Assembly (NCBI GenBank): GCA_963702495.1
Contig: CAVPDA010000006.1
Span: 36,832 to 100,831 of the forward strand
Direction of reading: 5' to 3'
From: an uncultured beta proteobacterium
GTDB taxonomy: Bacteria; Pseudomonadota; Gammaproteobacteria; Burkholderiales; Rhodocyclaceae
DNA length: 64,000 bases
In this document: positions 37,836-49,634 of the stretch, in pieces
Position numbering within the stretch: position 1 is the first letter of the stretch
How the letters are laid out: each line of letters begins with the position of its first letter
Notes under the pieces: generated by a model
What the model was told of the DNA's origin: nothing
The model's input: only the letters and a program-made list of their open reading frames with translations
The model's database searches: none
Program-made: the position numbers and the translations under genes

Positions 37836-37961
37836 GCCGGAACCAGACAGGTTCGCCCGCAACCTCCGGCCGGAAATCCTGCCATGTTGGAACAAGGGGA
37901 GAACCCCCTTGTAAATCCCCCAGCCCCGCCGTTCGGGGAATTCTTCGCCAGAATCGTCGTG
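37836..37961 (+). repeat. Intergenic repeat, copy 2 (core 37868-37921)
   Basis: ggccggaaatcctgccatgttggaacaaggggagaacccccttgtaaatccccc matches 8488-8541. The flanks gccggaacca and ttcttcgccagaatcg are shared. It lies about 60-180 nt upstream of the hybrid kinase start. Confidence 0.6.
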
Positions 37962-38018
37962 ATTTCACCCGTAAGAGTCAATTAACTGCGGGTGTCCGCA
38001 GCGTGAGACGGATACCGC

Positions 38019-40571
<2,553 letters not shown>

Positions 40572-41154
40572 CAAATCCCTGCCAGGCCAGATAGCGAGCC
40601 TCGGATGACAGTCCTTGCCGGTCGTCTGATTCCGAGCCGTGCTGGATGTCAGCAATCGCCGAACTGGGGTTCCCGAGCCTGCCGTCACGAGCGACACCGA
40701 GGCCTCGGTCAGCCGCCGTTTGTGTGTCGGACCATTGAATGATTGCCTGCGCGCGTTCGACTTCGCGCTGGCGGCCTTGAGCTGGTTCCTGCGTCCTTGG
40801 TTGTTCGTCCTCGCCTCGGCACTGGTGGCGCATGTCCTGTACCGGCGGAAGTTTCACTCCAAGGCCCTGCATGCGCCGACCAGACCGAGGTCGCTGACCC
40901 AGTCTCTTCATCTGCCGCAACGTATGCCGGCCGAACTGGGCCTCGGCGCAAAAAGCACCCGAGTCGGCGATCAACCCCGCCAAGCGTGACGCGGCACCGG
41001 CAGTCGCTCGGACGTGCGGCCCCGCCGTGCCGGCGGTCCATCTAAAGTCGGTGGCAGCGGCCCGCGGCCGAGCGGCCGCCGTCGCGTCGGTAGGGGATAG
41101 TCGCGCAGCCGCAAAACGCCGAGGCGCCAGCGGTGGCCATGCGATAATTGCGCG

Positions 41155-42252
41155 ATGCAGCACACGCATATCGATGAGGATCTTTACTGTCTTCTCGGCG
41201 TCAACTCCGCCGCCTCGGCGGACGAGATCCGGCGCGCGTATCGCAAGCTCGCGATGATCTGGCATCCGGACCGCAATATCTCCGCCGACGCCGAGGAAAC
41301 CTTCAAGCGCATCCGACTTGCCTATGAAGTCCTGCGCGAGCCGAAGCGGCGTACCGAATACGATCGCAACGTCACGTCGCACGCACACCGACGACATGAC
41401 GCCCAGGGACAGCCGGCATCGACAGCGCAACCCGAAGCATCGTCGCGGCGCGCCCCCAACCTGAGCCGCCACGTGAGCATCTCGCTCGAGGAGCAGTTGC
41501 GCGGTTGTCGTGCCAAGCTCAGGCTCACGCGCACCGAGTATTGCCGGCATTGCGGCGGCTCCAGGCACGGCAACCTGCCGCCGATCGCCTGCGGCACATG
41601 CAGGGGATCGGGTTACGTGCGAAATCCTCTTGGTCTATTCTCGTTGTTTCGCGCTGCCGCGGTCGCCTGCACGGACTGTGACGGGAAGGGCACGATCCGC
41701 CCGAAGTGCGAAGCCTGCGCGGGAACGGGACTCAGCGCACGCAAGACCGGCCATCTGCAGTTCGAGGTTCCCGCGGGCATCCGCCCGGGAGCGAGCTTGC
41801 GCGTGCGCGGGCACGGGCGGCGCGGCCGCAGCGGCGAGGCACCCGGAGACCTGCTGGTTCACGTTGGCGTTGCACCGCATCCGCTGTTCGAACCGGACTT
41901 TCCCGATCTGCGCTGCGAGATGCCGGTCAGCGTGTTTCGTGCGCTGGCAGGCGGCACCCTTGAAGTGCCCACGCTGGGGGCAGCGGTTTCGGTCCCGCTG
42001 TCTTCCGAACCGGTCGATGGAGCGGAGTTGCGCATTCCCGGTCACGGCATGCTGGACGGCGCCTCGGGGCGACGCGGCGACCTGTTGGTCCGGGTGCGCC
42101 TGATTCGACCTCAACCGCTCTCCGACACGCACCTGGCCCTGCTGGCGGAACTGGAACAGCTTTCGGTAAGCGACCCTGCGCACACCGACTGGCTGCGGCG
42201 CCGGCAGGATGCTGAACGGCGCAAGTCGCGGCCGAATCGACCGCCGGAATAG
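41155..42252 (+). CDS. DnaJ-class co-chaperone paralog (J domain + 4 CxxCxG zinc repeats + C-terminal domains, no G/F region)
   Basis: DLYCLLGVNSAASADEIRRAYRKLAMIWHPDRN (HPD). CRHCGGS, CGTCRGSG, CTDCDGKG, CEACAGTG. GDLLVHV...GDLLVRV C-terminal beta domains. Confidence 0.85.
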   Translation: MQHTHIDEDLYCLLGVNSAASADEIRRAYRKLAMIWHPDRNISADAEETFKRIRLAYEVLREPKRRTEYDRNVTSHAHRRHDAQGQPASTAQPEASSRRAPNLSRHVSISLEEQLRGCRAKLRLTRTEYCRHCGGSRHGNLPPIACGTCRGSGYVRNPLGLFSLFRAAAVACTDCDGKGTIRPKCEACAGTGLSARKTGHLQFEVPAGIRPGASLRVRGHGRRGRSGEAPGDLLVHVGVAPHPLFEPDFPDLRCEMPVSVFRALAGGTLEVPTLGAAVSVPLSSEPVDGAELRIPGHGMLDGASGRRGDLLVRVRLIRPQPLSDTHLALLAELEQLSVSDPAHTDWLRRRQDAERRKSRPNRPPE

Positions 42253-42523
42253 CTCCCCGTGTCGTCATCGTGGAAAGATCGCTTCGCGGATAGTCCGCGC
42301 AAGCCGCGCCGGCATGATCGGGCTTCTGCCCCGGTTTGCCTTCGCCGCGATCCCCCTGGACAACGACTGCCGCCGGCCCCGCGAGCCGATGAAGCTGCCG
42401 GCCCCCGAGGTTCCGAAGGGCCCCAAGGCCGAGAACGGATCCTGGATCGGCCGGTCAACTACAGCGTCGCCCTCCCCCGGCGCAAGGAGGGGCGGTGCCC
42501 ATACCCATACGCAGATTCCAACC

Positions 42524-43711
42524 ATGACGAGACGTACTCCCACAAGAGCAATCGCGGCTAGCCTCACAGTCGTGCTGCTTGTAGTCGTTGGGCTGGTCGC
42601 CGTGTCCTGCGGCCCGGACGCTACTTTGGATGCCAAGGTCGCGCAGGAAGGGAAGCCCGCCAGCCCGGCCCAGGCCGCCGCGACCAAACCGGCGCTGACC
42701 GTGAGCGCCACCACGGCGCAGCGCCTGGACTGGGCGCAGACCCTGAGCGCCCACGGCAACATCGCCGCCTGGCAGGAGACGGTGATCGGCGCCGAGATCA
42801 GCAGCCTGCGGCTGACCGAGGTGCTGGTGAATGTCGGCGACACGGTGAAGAAGGGCCAGTTGCTGGCGCGCGTTGACAGCCAGACGGTCGAGGCGGAGCT
42901 GGCCCAGTCCAGGGCCGCCGTGGCGGAGGCGCAGGCGACGCTGGCTGAGGCGCGGGCCAACGCCGAACGCGCGCGCCTGCTGCAGCCCAAGGGCATGATC
43001 AGCGCGCAGCAGTTCAACCAGCTCGTGACGGCGGAGCAAACGGCGGCGGCGCGGCTCGCTTCGGCCCAGGCCCGGGTGCGCACGGACGAAGTGCGCCTGG
43101 CCCAGATGCGGGTGGTGGCGCACGACGACGGCGTCATTTCAGCACGCGCCGCCACCGTCGGTTCGCTGACCCAGCCGGGCCAGGAGCTGTTCCGGCTGAT
43201 CCGCGGCGGCCGGCTCGAGTGGCGCGCCGAGGTCACCGCGGAAGAACTGGGCCGGCTCCGCCCGGGCACGCCGGCGACGCTGCTGGCGGCGGACGGCACG
43301 CGGGTGCAGGGCAAGGTGCGCATGGTGGCGCCGACGGTGGACCCGCAGACGCGCAATGCCCTGGTGTATGTCGATCTGCCCACGCCGGCGGCGGGCGGCG
43401 CGCTGCGCGCCGGCATGTTCGCCCGCGGCGAGTTCGAACTGGGCCGTGCCGCCGCGCTGACGCTGCCGCAGTCCGCGGTGCTGCTGCGCGAAGGCTTCTC
43501 CTATGTGTTCCGCATCGAAGGCGACAAGGCGGTGCAGACCAAAGTGAGCGTCGGCCGGCGCGCCGGCGAGCGCATCGAGATCACCGGCGGCCTCGAACCG
43601 GGCACCTCCGTGGTGGCCCAGGGGGCGGGCTTCCTCGCCGACGGCGACACGGTGCGGGTGGTCGCGGACGGCACCGGAGCGGCGCCGAGCGTTGCAGGAG
43701 GAAAGCCGTGA
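42524..43711 (+). CDS. RND efflux periplasmic adaptor (membrane fusion protein)
   Basis: ATG at 42524 (MTRRTPTRAIAASLTVVLLVVVGLVAVSCG, lipoprotein-like). Lipoyl and hairpin motifs: GNIAAWQETVIGAEISSLRLTEVLVNVGDTVKKGQLLARVD, coiled coil, VISARAATVGS. GTGA overlap with the pump gene. Confidence 0.9.
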   Translation: MTRRTPTRAIAASLTVVLLVVVGLVAVSCGPDATLDAKVAQEGKPASPAQAAATKPALTVSATTAQRLDWAQTLSAHGNIAAWQETVIGAEISSLRLTEVLVNVGDTVKKGQLLARVDSQTVEAELAQSRAAVAEAQATLAEARANAERARLLQPKGMISAQQFNQLVTAEQTAAARLASAQARVRTDEVRLAQMRVVAHDDGVISARAATVGSLTQPGQELFRLIRGGRLEWRAEVTAEELGRLRPGTPATLLAADGTRVQGKVRMVAPTVDPQTRNALVYVDLPTPAAGGALRAGMFARGEFELGRAAALTLPQSAVLLREGFSYVFRIEGDKAVQTKVSVGRRAGERIEITGGLEPGTSVVAQGAGFLADGDTVRVVADGTGAAPSVAGGKP

Positions 43712-46700
43712 ACGTCTCCTCCTGGTCGATCCGCAACCCGATCCCGGCGATCCTGCTGTTCGTCATGCTCACGCTGGTGGGAGTGATGTCCTTCCGGGCG
43801 ATGAAGATCCAGCAGTTCCCCGACATCGACCTGCCGACGGTGACAGTGACCGCGACGCTGCCGGGCGCGGCGCCGTCGCAGATGGAAACCGAGGTAGCGC
43901 GCAAGATCGAGAACTCGGTGGCGACGCTGCAGGGCGTGAAGCACATCTACACCAAGGTGCAGGACGGTACCGCCACCGTCACCGTCGAGTTCCGCCTGGA
44001 GAAGCCGACCCAGGAAGCGCTGGACGACGTGCGCGACGCCGTGTCGCGCATCCGCTCCGATCTGCCCGGCGATCTGCGCGACCCGGTGATCTCCAAGGTC
44101 AATCTGGCGGGCTCGCCGATCCTCACCTACACCGTCGCCTCCGCGCGCATGGACGACGAGGCGCTGTCCTGGTTCGTGGACAACACCGTCACCAAGGGCA
44201 TGCTGAGCGTGCGCGGCGTCGGTGCGGTGGCGCGCGTCGGCGGCGTCAGCCGCGAGGTGCGCATCGAACTCGATCCGGCGCGGCTGCTGGCGCTCAATGC
44301 CACGGCGGCCGACATCTCGCGCCAGTTGCGCCAGATCCAGCAGGAGGCCTCCGGCGGCCGCGCCGACGTCGGCGGCATCGAGCAGTCGGTGCGCACCATC
44401 GCCACCGTGCAGTCGGCGGAGGAGCTGGCGCGCATGGACATCGCGCTCAGCGACGGCCGTCGCATCCGGCTCGACCAGGTGGCGAGCGTGAGCGACACCG
44501 TGGCCGAGCAGCGCTCGGCGGCACTGCTCAACGGCAAGCCGGTGGTGGGCTTCGAGATCACCCGCAGCCGCGGTGCCGGCGAGGTCGAGGTGGCAGCCGG
44601 CGTGCGCGCGCAACTCGCCCGGCTGCAGGCCGAGCATCCCGACATCATCATCACCGAAGCCTTCAACTTCGTCGATCCGGTGCAGGAGAACTTCGACGGC
44701 TCGATGTGGCTGCTGATCGAGGGCGCGGTGCTGGCGGTGATCGTGGTCTGGCTGTTCCTGCGCGACTGGCGCGCCACCATCGTCTCGGCCACGGCGCTGC
44801 CGCTGTCGATCATTCCCGCCTTCGCGGCGATGTACCTGATGGGATTCAGCGTCAACGTGGTGACCCTGCTCTCGCTGTCGCTGGTGGTGGGCATCCTGGT
44901 GGACGATGCCATCGTCGAGATCGAGAACATCATGCGCCACCTGCGCATGGGCAAGACGCCCTACCGGGCGGCGATGGAGGCGGCGGACGAGATCGGCCTG
45001 GCGGTGATCGCGACCACGTTCACGCTGATCGCGGTGTTCCTGCCCACCGCCTTCATGAGCGGCGTGCCCGGCAAGTTCTTCGTGCAGTTCGGCTGGACGG
45101 CGGCGATCGCGGTGTTCTTCTCGCTGGTGGTGGCGCGCATGCTGACGCCGATGATGGCGGCCTACCTGCTCAAGCCGCCGCGCAAGGCCCATGCCGAGCC
45201 GCGCTGGCTCACCCTTTACACGCGTTGGGCGGCGTGGTGCCTGAGGCATCGCCTGCTCACCACGCTGGCGGCGGCCGGCTTCTTCTTTGGCTCCTTCGCC
45301 CTGGTGCCGCTGCTCCCCACCGGCTTCATCCCTCCAGACGACCTGTCCCAGACCCAGGTCTATCTGTCGCTGCCGCCGGGCAGCACCTTCGAGCAGACAC
45401 TTGCGAGCGCCGAGCGGGCGCGGGAGATCGTCGAGAAGCATCCCCACGTCAGGATGGTCTATACGGCGGTAGGGGGCGGCGCGGCCGGTTCCGATCCGTT
45501 CGCGCCGCGCGGCGCGGCGGAGGTGCGCAAGGCCACCCTCACCATCAACATGACGCCGCGCTCGCAGCGCGGCGGCGTGAAGAAGCAGCAGGTGGAGCGC
45601 GAGTTGCGCGAGGCACTGGCGGTGCTGCCGGGGGCGCGGGTGACGGTAGCCTTCGGCGGTTCCAGCGAGAAATACGTGCTGGTGCTGGCGAGCGAAAACG
45701 GCCCCTTGCTGGCGCAGCATGCGCGTCAGGTGGAGCGGGAACTGCGCACCATCCCCGGCATCGGCAATGTCAATTCCACTGCCAGCCTGGTACGGCCGGA
45801 ACTCGTGGTGCGACCCGATTTCGCCCGCGCGGCGGACCTCGGCGTGACCTCGGCGGCGATCGCCGATACGCTGCGCATCGCCACCGCCGGCGACTACGAC
45901 CAGAGCCTGCCCAAGCTCAACCTGTCGCAGCGTCAGGTGCCGATCGTGGTCAAGCTGCCGCCCGCGGCGCGGCAGGACCTGTCCCTGCTCGAACGGATGG
46001 CCGTGCCGGGCAGCAAGGGTCCGGTGATGCTCGGCAATGTGGCCCGGCTCGCCATCGACAGCGGTCCGGCGGAGATCGACCGCTACGACCGGCTGCGCAA
46101 CATCAACTTCGAGCTCGAACTCAACCAGCAGCCCCTCGGAGAAGTGGAGAAGCAGGCGCTGGCGCTGCCCAGTCTGCGCAACCTGCCGCCCGGCGTGATG
46201 CAGACCACCGTCGGCGACGCCGAGGCGATGAACGAGCTGTTCGCCAGCTTCGGCCTGGCGATGCTGACCGGCGTGCTGTGCATCTACATCGTGCTGGTGC
46301 TGCTGTTCCGCGACTTCGTGCAGCCGGCGACGATCCTGGCGGCGCTGGTGTTGTCGGTTCCCGGCGCCTTCCTGGCGCTGTTCGTGACCGGCACCGCTTT
46401 GTCGATGCCCTCGATGATCGGGCTCATCATGCTGATGGGCATCGCCACCAAGAACTCCATCCTGCTCATCGACTACGTGATCCTGGCGCGGCGCGAGCAC
46501 GGCCTCGACCGCTGGGACGCGCTGCTCGACGCCTGCCGCAAGCGGGCGCGGCCGATCGTCATGACCACGGTGGCGATGGGCGCCGGCATGCTGCCCATCG
46601 CCATCGGCATCGGCACCGACCCCAGCTTCCGCGCGCCGATGGCGATCGTGGTGATCGGCGGCCTGATCACCTCGACCTTCCTCAGCCTGCTGGTGATCCC

Positions 46701-46824
46701 GGTGGTATTCACGTACGTGGATGACGCCATCGGCCATTTCCGTCGCCTTTTCCGTCGCGGCAACATCGTGCCGGCCACGGCCCGCGCCCCCGACGCCATG
46801 GCGCCGCCGCCGGCCGGCGAGTGA
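43708..46824 (+). CDS. RND (AcrB/HAE-type) inner-membrane efflux transporter
   Basis: GTG at 43708. SSWSIRNPIPAILLFVMLTLVGVMSF...QFPDIDLPTVTV. About 1038 aa, 12-TM layout. VVGILVDDAIVEIENI. Conserved C-terminal half. Confidence 0.95.
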   Translation: MNVSSWSIRNPIPAILLFVMLTLVGVMSFRAMKIQQFPDIDLPTVTVTATLPGAAPSQMETEVARKIENSVATLQGVKHIYTKVQDGTATVTVEFRLEKPTQEALDDVRDAVSRIRSDLPGDLRDPVISKVNLAGSPILTYTVASARMDDEALSWFVDNTVTKGMLSVRGVGAVARVGGVSREVRIELDPARLLALNATAADISRQLRQIQQEASGGRADVGGIEQSVRTIATVQSAEELARMDIALSDGRRIRLDQVASVSDTVAEQRSAALLNGKPVVGFEITRSRGAGEVEVAAGVRAQLARLQAEHPDIIITEAFNFVDPVQENFDGSMWLLIEGAVLAVIVVWLFLRDWRATIVSATALPLSIIPAFAAMYLMGFSVNVVTLLSLSLVVGILVDDAIVEIENIMRHLRMGKTPYRAAMEAADEIGLAVIATTFTLIAVFLPTAFMSGVPGKFFVQFGWTAAIAVFFSLVVARMLTPMMAAYLLKPPRKAHAEPRWLTLYTRWAAWCLRHRLLTTLAAAGFFFGSFALVPLLPTGFIPPDDLSQTQVYLSLPPGSTFEQTLASAERAREIVEKHPHVRMVYTAVGGGAAGSDPFAPRGAAEVRKATLTINMTPRSQRGGVKKQQVERELREALAVLPGARVTVAFGGSSEKYVLVLASENGPLLAQHARQVERELRTIPGIGNVNSTASLVRPELVVRPDFARAADLGVTSAAIADTLRIATAGDYDQSLPKLNLSQRQVPIVVKLPPAARQDLSLLERMAVPGSKGPVMLGNVARLAIDSGPAEIDRYDRLRNINFELELNQQPLGEVEKQALALPSLRNLPPGVMQTTVGDAEAMNELFASFGLAMLTGVLCIYIVLVLLFRDFVQPATILAALVLSVPGAFLALFVTGTALSMPSMIGLIMLMGIATKNSILLIDYVILARREHGLDRWDALLDACRKRARPIVMTTVAMGAGMLPIAIGIGTDPSFRAPMAIVVIGGLITSTFLSLLVIPVVFTYVDDAIGHFRRLFRRGNIVPATARAPDAMAPPPAGE

Positions 46825-46854
46825 TGCGCCGCCGGTCTGCGGCCTCTCCAGAGG

Positions 46855-46987
46855 TTGTGAAGAAATCGTAGCGAGCGGCCCGAGGGCAAGGCGCACGGAG
46901 CGCAGCGACGAGACATATCAAATAGATAGGCGAGGAGCGAGTACCGCGCAACGCAGCACTCGGGGCGCGCAGTAGATTTATTCACAA
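46855..46987. repeat. 133-nt imperfect palindromic (MITE- or REP-like) element between convergent genes
   Basis: Terminal arms ttgtgaagaaatc (46855-46867) and gatttattcacaa (46975-46987) are complementary at 12/13 positions. The interior halves are partly complementary (cccgag/ctcggg, gcgcacgg/ccgcgcaac). Confidence 0.55.
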
Positions 46988-47092
46988 GCTCTCCGGTCCG
47001 GGCGTGGGAGACAGGGCGAAAGTCTCGATCACCGTGGGGCCCAGGGGCCGCGAGCTATCGGCAGCAGCCAGAGCGGCACGCGGAGGAGCAGG

Positions 47093-47904
47093 TCATTTCA
47101 TCATCTTGCGCACGAAGGTGCCACCGACGCGCCGCAAGATCCATTTCGGCGTGGCGCGGGAGGCCAGTACGGCTGCCAGATTCAGCACCCCCGGCACACG
47201 AATGACTTCGCCGCCGATGCAGGCTTCGTAGCCTTCAGCGGCCACGGCCTCGGCCTGGCCGATCACGAATCGGGCAGCTTCTCCAAGTGCGAAGCGGCCT
47301 TCTTCGCTGCGTCGAGCATATTGGTTGCGGTGATGCCCGGGCACAGCGCCGTGACCGTCACACCGGTACCCTTCAGTTCCTCGGCCAGGGACTCGGTCAG
47401 CGATAGAACGTAGGCCTTTGTTGCTGCATAGGTGGCGAGCGACGGGACCGGCTGAAAAGCTGCGATGGATGCCACATTCAGAATCCGCCCATGGCCGCGC
47501 GCCACCATCGGCGGCACAAAGTGCGCGAGCATTGCGGTCAGCCCCGATACGTTGAGGTCGATCAGCGCTTGATGGCGCTCGGCTGCAATCCCGGTGAAGC
47601 TGCCATGCTCCAGAACACCGGCGTTGTTGACCAGCACGTCGATCGGCCGCCTGGCTCGCTTCATGGCGGCAGCCAGCCGCCGCGCGCTGTCGGGCTGGGC
47701 GAGGTCGGCCGGCGCCACCCACACCTTCGCCTTGTAGGTCGCCGACAGCCTGTCGGCCAGATCCTTGAGCTTGTCGGCACTGCGTGCCACCAGCACCAGG
47801 TTGTATCCGCCCTTCGCAAAACAATCCGCCAAGGCCTCCCCGATGCCCGACGATGCCCCGGTGACCAGCGCCGTTTTCGTCCGTGGACTCTGCATGCTTG
47901 TCAT
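47093..47904 (-). pseudogene. Short-chain dehydrogenase/reductase (classical SDR, DltE/COG0300-like) with a 1-nt frameshift near the 3' end
   Basis: TALVTGASSGIGEA (TGxxxGIG), NNAG, SIAAFQPVPSLATYAATKAY (YxxxK). The frame stops at 47263. The expected C-terminus (FVIGQAEAVAAEGYEACIGGEVIRVPGVLNLAAVLASRATPKWILRRV) continues in the adjacent frame to 47093. Confidence 0.8.
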
Positions 47905-47940
47905 GTCGCTTCCCACACTGTCTCGCAATGCCAAAGACGT

Positions 47941-49287
47941 CTAGCGAGCGGCCCCGGCATCGACGGCGATGGCCGCAGCGCGCAGCAAGGACTCCATGGA
48001 AGCGGCCACTTCGACCGCGGCATCCTGGGCCAGCTGTGCCGCGTTGTAGTTGAGGTGGATCGTCATGCCGCCCGCGTCGGTGGTGACGGCCGTGAATACC
48101 GGCTGCGTGGGCGTCGGCAGAAGCGCGAATGAGCGGGCATCGACGCTCAGGCCGGGCAGTGCCGGCAGCGCCGGCAGGAGGCCGGCGTTGCTCAGTAGGC
48201 TGGTCTGCACCCCGCGCGCCATCAGGTCGCGAAAGCTCTGCACGCCGGCATCGGTGGCGGGGAACTGGTCGGCCGGCGGCAGGAAATCGTACAGGAGGTG
48301 GCCTGCGCCCACGGCGAGCTGCTGGCGGATCGATCCGGTCAGGCGTTGCGCCAGAGGCCACAGCCCGGCAGCGTCGCCGACACGCTGCACGCTGGTGACC
48401 AGCGTCACGTAGAAGCCCGGTGTACTGACGTCCATCGATGCGTTCAGGTAGGGGCGCAGATCCGCGGCGCAGGTCAGTCCGAGCACCCGCTCCGCGCCGT
48501 CGCCGAACAGGCGGCGCAGGGCGATGAGCTGCGCCGCCCCGATCAGGCCGTTGATCGTGGTGTCGGCCTGCCTGGCGCGGGCGGCCAGCGATTCAATCAG
48601 CGGCGCTTCGAGCCTCAGCGTGAGCATACGTGGTTTGGGCGGGCCGTTGCTGGGCCGGTGCCGGGCCTGGGCTTCGGGCATGCCGGTGCGTTCGGCTGCC
48701 GCCTTGCGTGCCGCCTTGAGTTGCCCGCTGAGCTGGCGCCCGGCCTCTCCGGCGAAGGCCGGCGGATAAAGTTCGATCAGCGCCGGCCGGGGTGCGATCG
48801 CCTCGGCCGGCACCGCCACTCCGGCTGCACCCAGCAGCACTTCGGTGAGCAGGAAAAATCCCGAACGGGCATCGGAAATCGGGTGATGCAACACCAGCGC
48901 TAGGACCCAGGCATCGCCCGCGCCGTCGAAACGATAGGCGCGCATCAGAGGCGATTCCCCCAGCGCAAAGGGCAGGACGATGCGTTCGGCGAGCGCACGG
49001 CGCCAGTCGTCGGTGCCCGAGCTTGCGATCCGCTCGAGCGAAATGCCCCGGGTGGGGCGCGAAACGAAGTTGAGACGCTGCTCGGCATCCGCTTCGACGG
49101 CGACCGTGAGCAAGGGGTGACGACGCTGTGCCGCATCGAGGGCGGCCTGCAATGCTGCGTCGGCGAGTGTGCCGCGCCCCTCGGCGATGACCGCGAAATT
49201 CATGGAAGAAAAGCGGTCGAGGAACCAGAAGAAGGTTTCCGCTCGATCGAGGGGACGTTTCCAAGTGACAAGGTGTGTAGTGTTCAT
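47941..49287 (-). CDS. HHxxxD acyltransferase of the condensation / PapA5 / WS-DGAT-like superfamily
   Basis: ATG at 49285-49287 (MNTTHLVTWKRPLDRAETFFW). Catalytic motif LVLHHPISDARSG. About 448 aa in a two-lobe layout. Confidence 0.7.
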   Translation of the reverse strand: MNTTHLVTWKRPLDRAETFFWFLDRFSSMNFAVIAEGRGTLADAALQAALDAAQRRHPLLTVAVEADAEQRLNFVSRPTRGISLERIASSGTDDWRRALAERIVLPFALGESPLMRAYRFDGAGDAWVLALVLHHPISDARSGFFLLTEVLLGAAGVAVPAEAIAPRPALIELYPPAFAGEAGRQLSGQLKAARKAAAERTGMPEAQARHRPSNGPPKPRMLTLRLEAPLIESLAARARQADTTINGLIGAAQLIALRRLFGDGAERVLGLTCAADLRPYLNASMDVSTPGFYVTLVTSVQRVGDAAGLWPLAQRLTGSIRQQLAVGAGHLLYDFLPPADQFPATDAGVQSFRDLMARGVQTSLLSNAGLLPALPALPGLSVDARSFALLPTPTQPVFTAVTTDAGGMTIHLNYNAAQLAQDAAVEVAASMESLLRAAAIAVDAGAAR

Positions 49288-49634
49288 GGCTGGCCCGACC
49301 AGGCAAGGATATGAGTTCCCGTCACACGGCCTACAGGATCGGAGGCGTCGGCGCCGCCGACGAAGCCGATGACGCGGTGGTGAATTCCGGCCGCCAAGCG
49401 CTGCACCGTCACGGCTGCCGAATCCCCGCGCGCGACGGGCGGAGCCGTGGCGGTCCACTGCGTCGCAAGTCGGATGGTACCCGCTCCAACGTCGTCGGCG
49501 AGTCTCCCAGGGCGGAGGATCCCATGATCGATCCCACTGGCGCTGATGATGATGGCCCGCCCGACGCCATGCGCCTTGGTTCAAAGAAGAACGAAGCACT
49601 ACACTAGCCCGTGATTACGAGAGAGGCCCGGCGG

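Noticed and set aside
43501-46896. 1131-aa minus-strand ORF, plus the 1010-aa plus-strand ORF at 43692-46724
   Set aside because: These are an antisense frame and an off-frame shadow of the RND transporter gene. Their low-complexity Arg/Gly/His/Asp composition is not protein-like.
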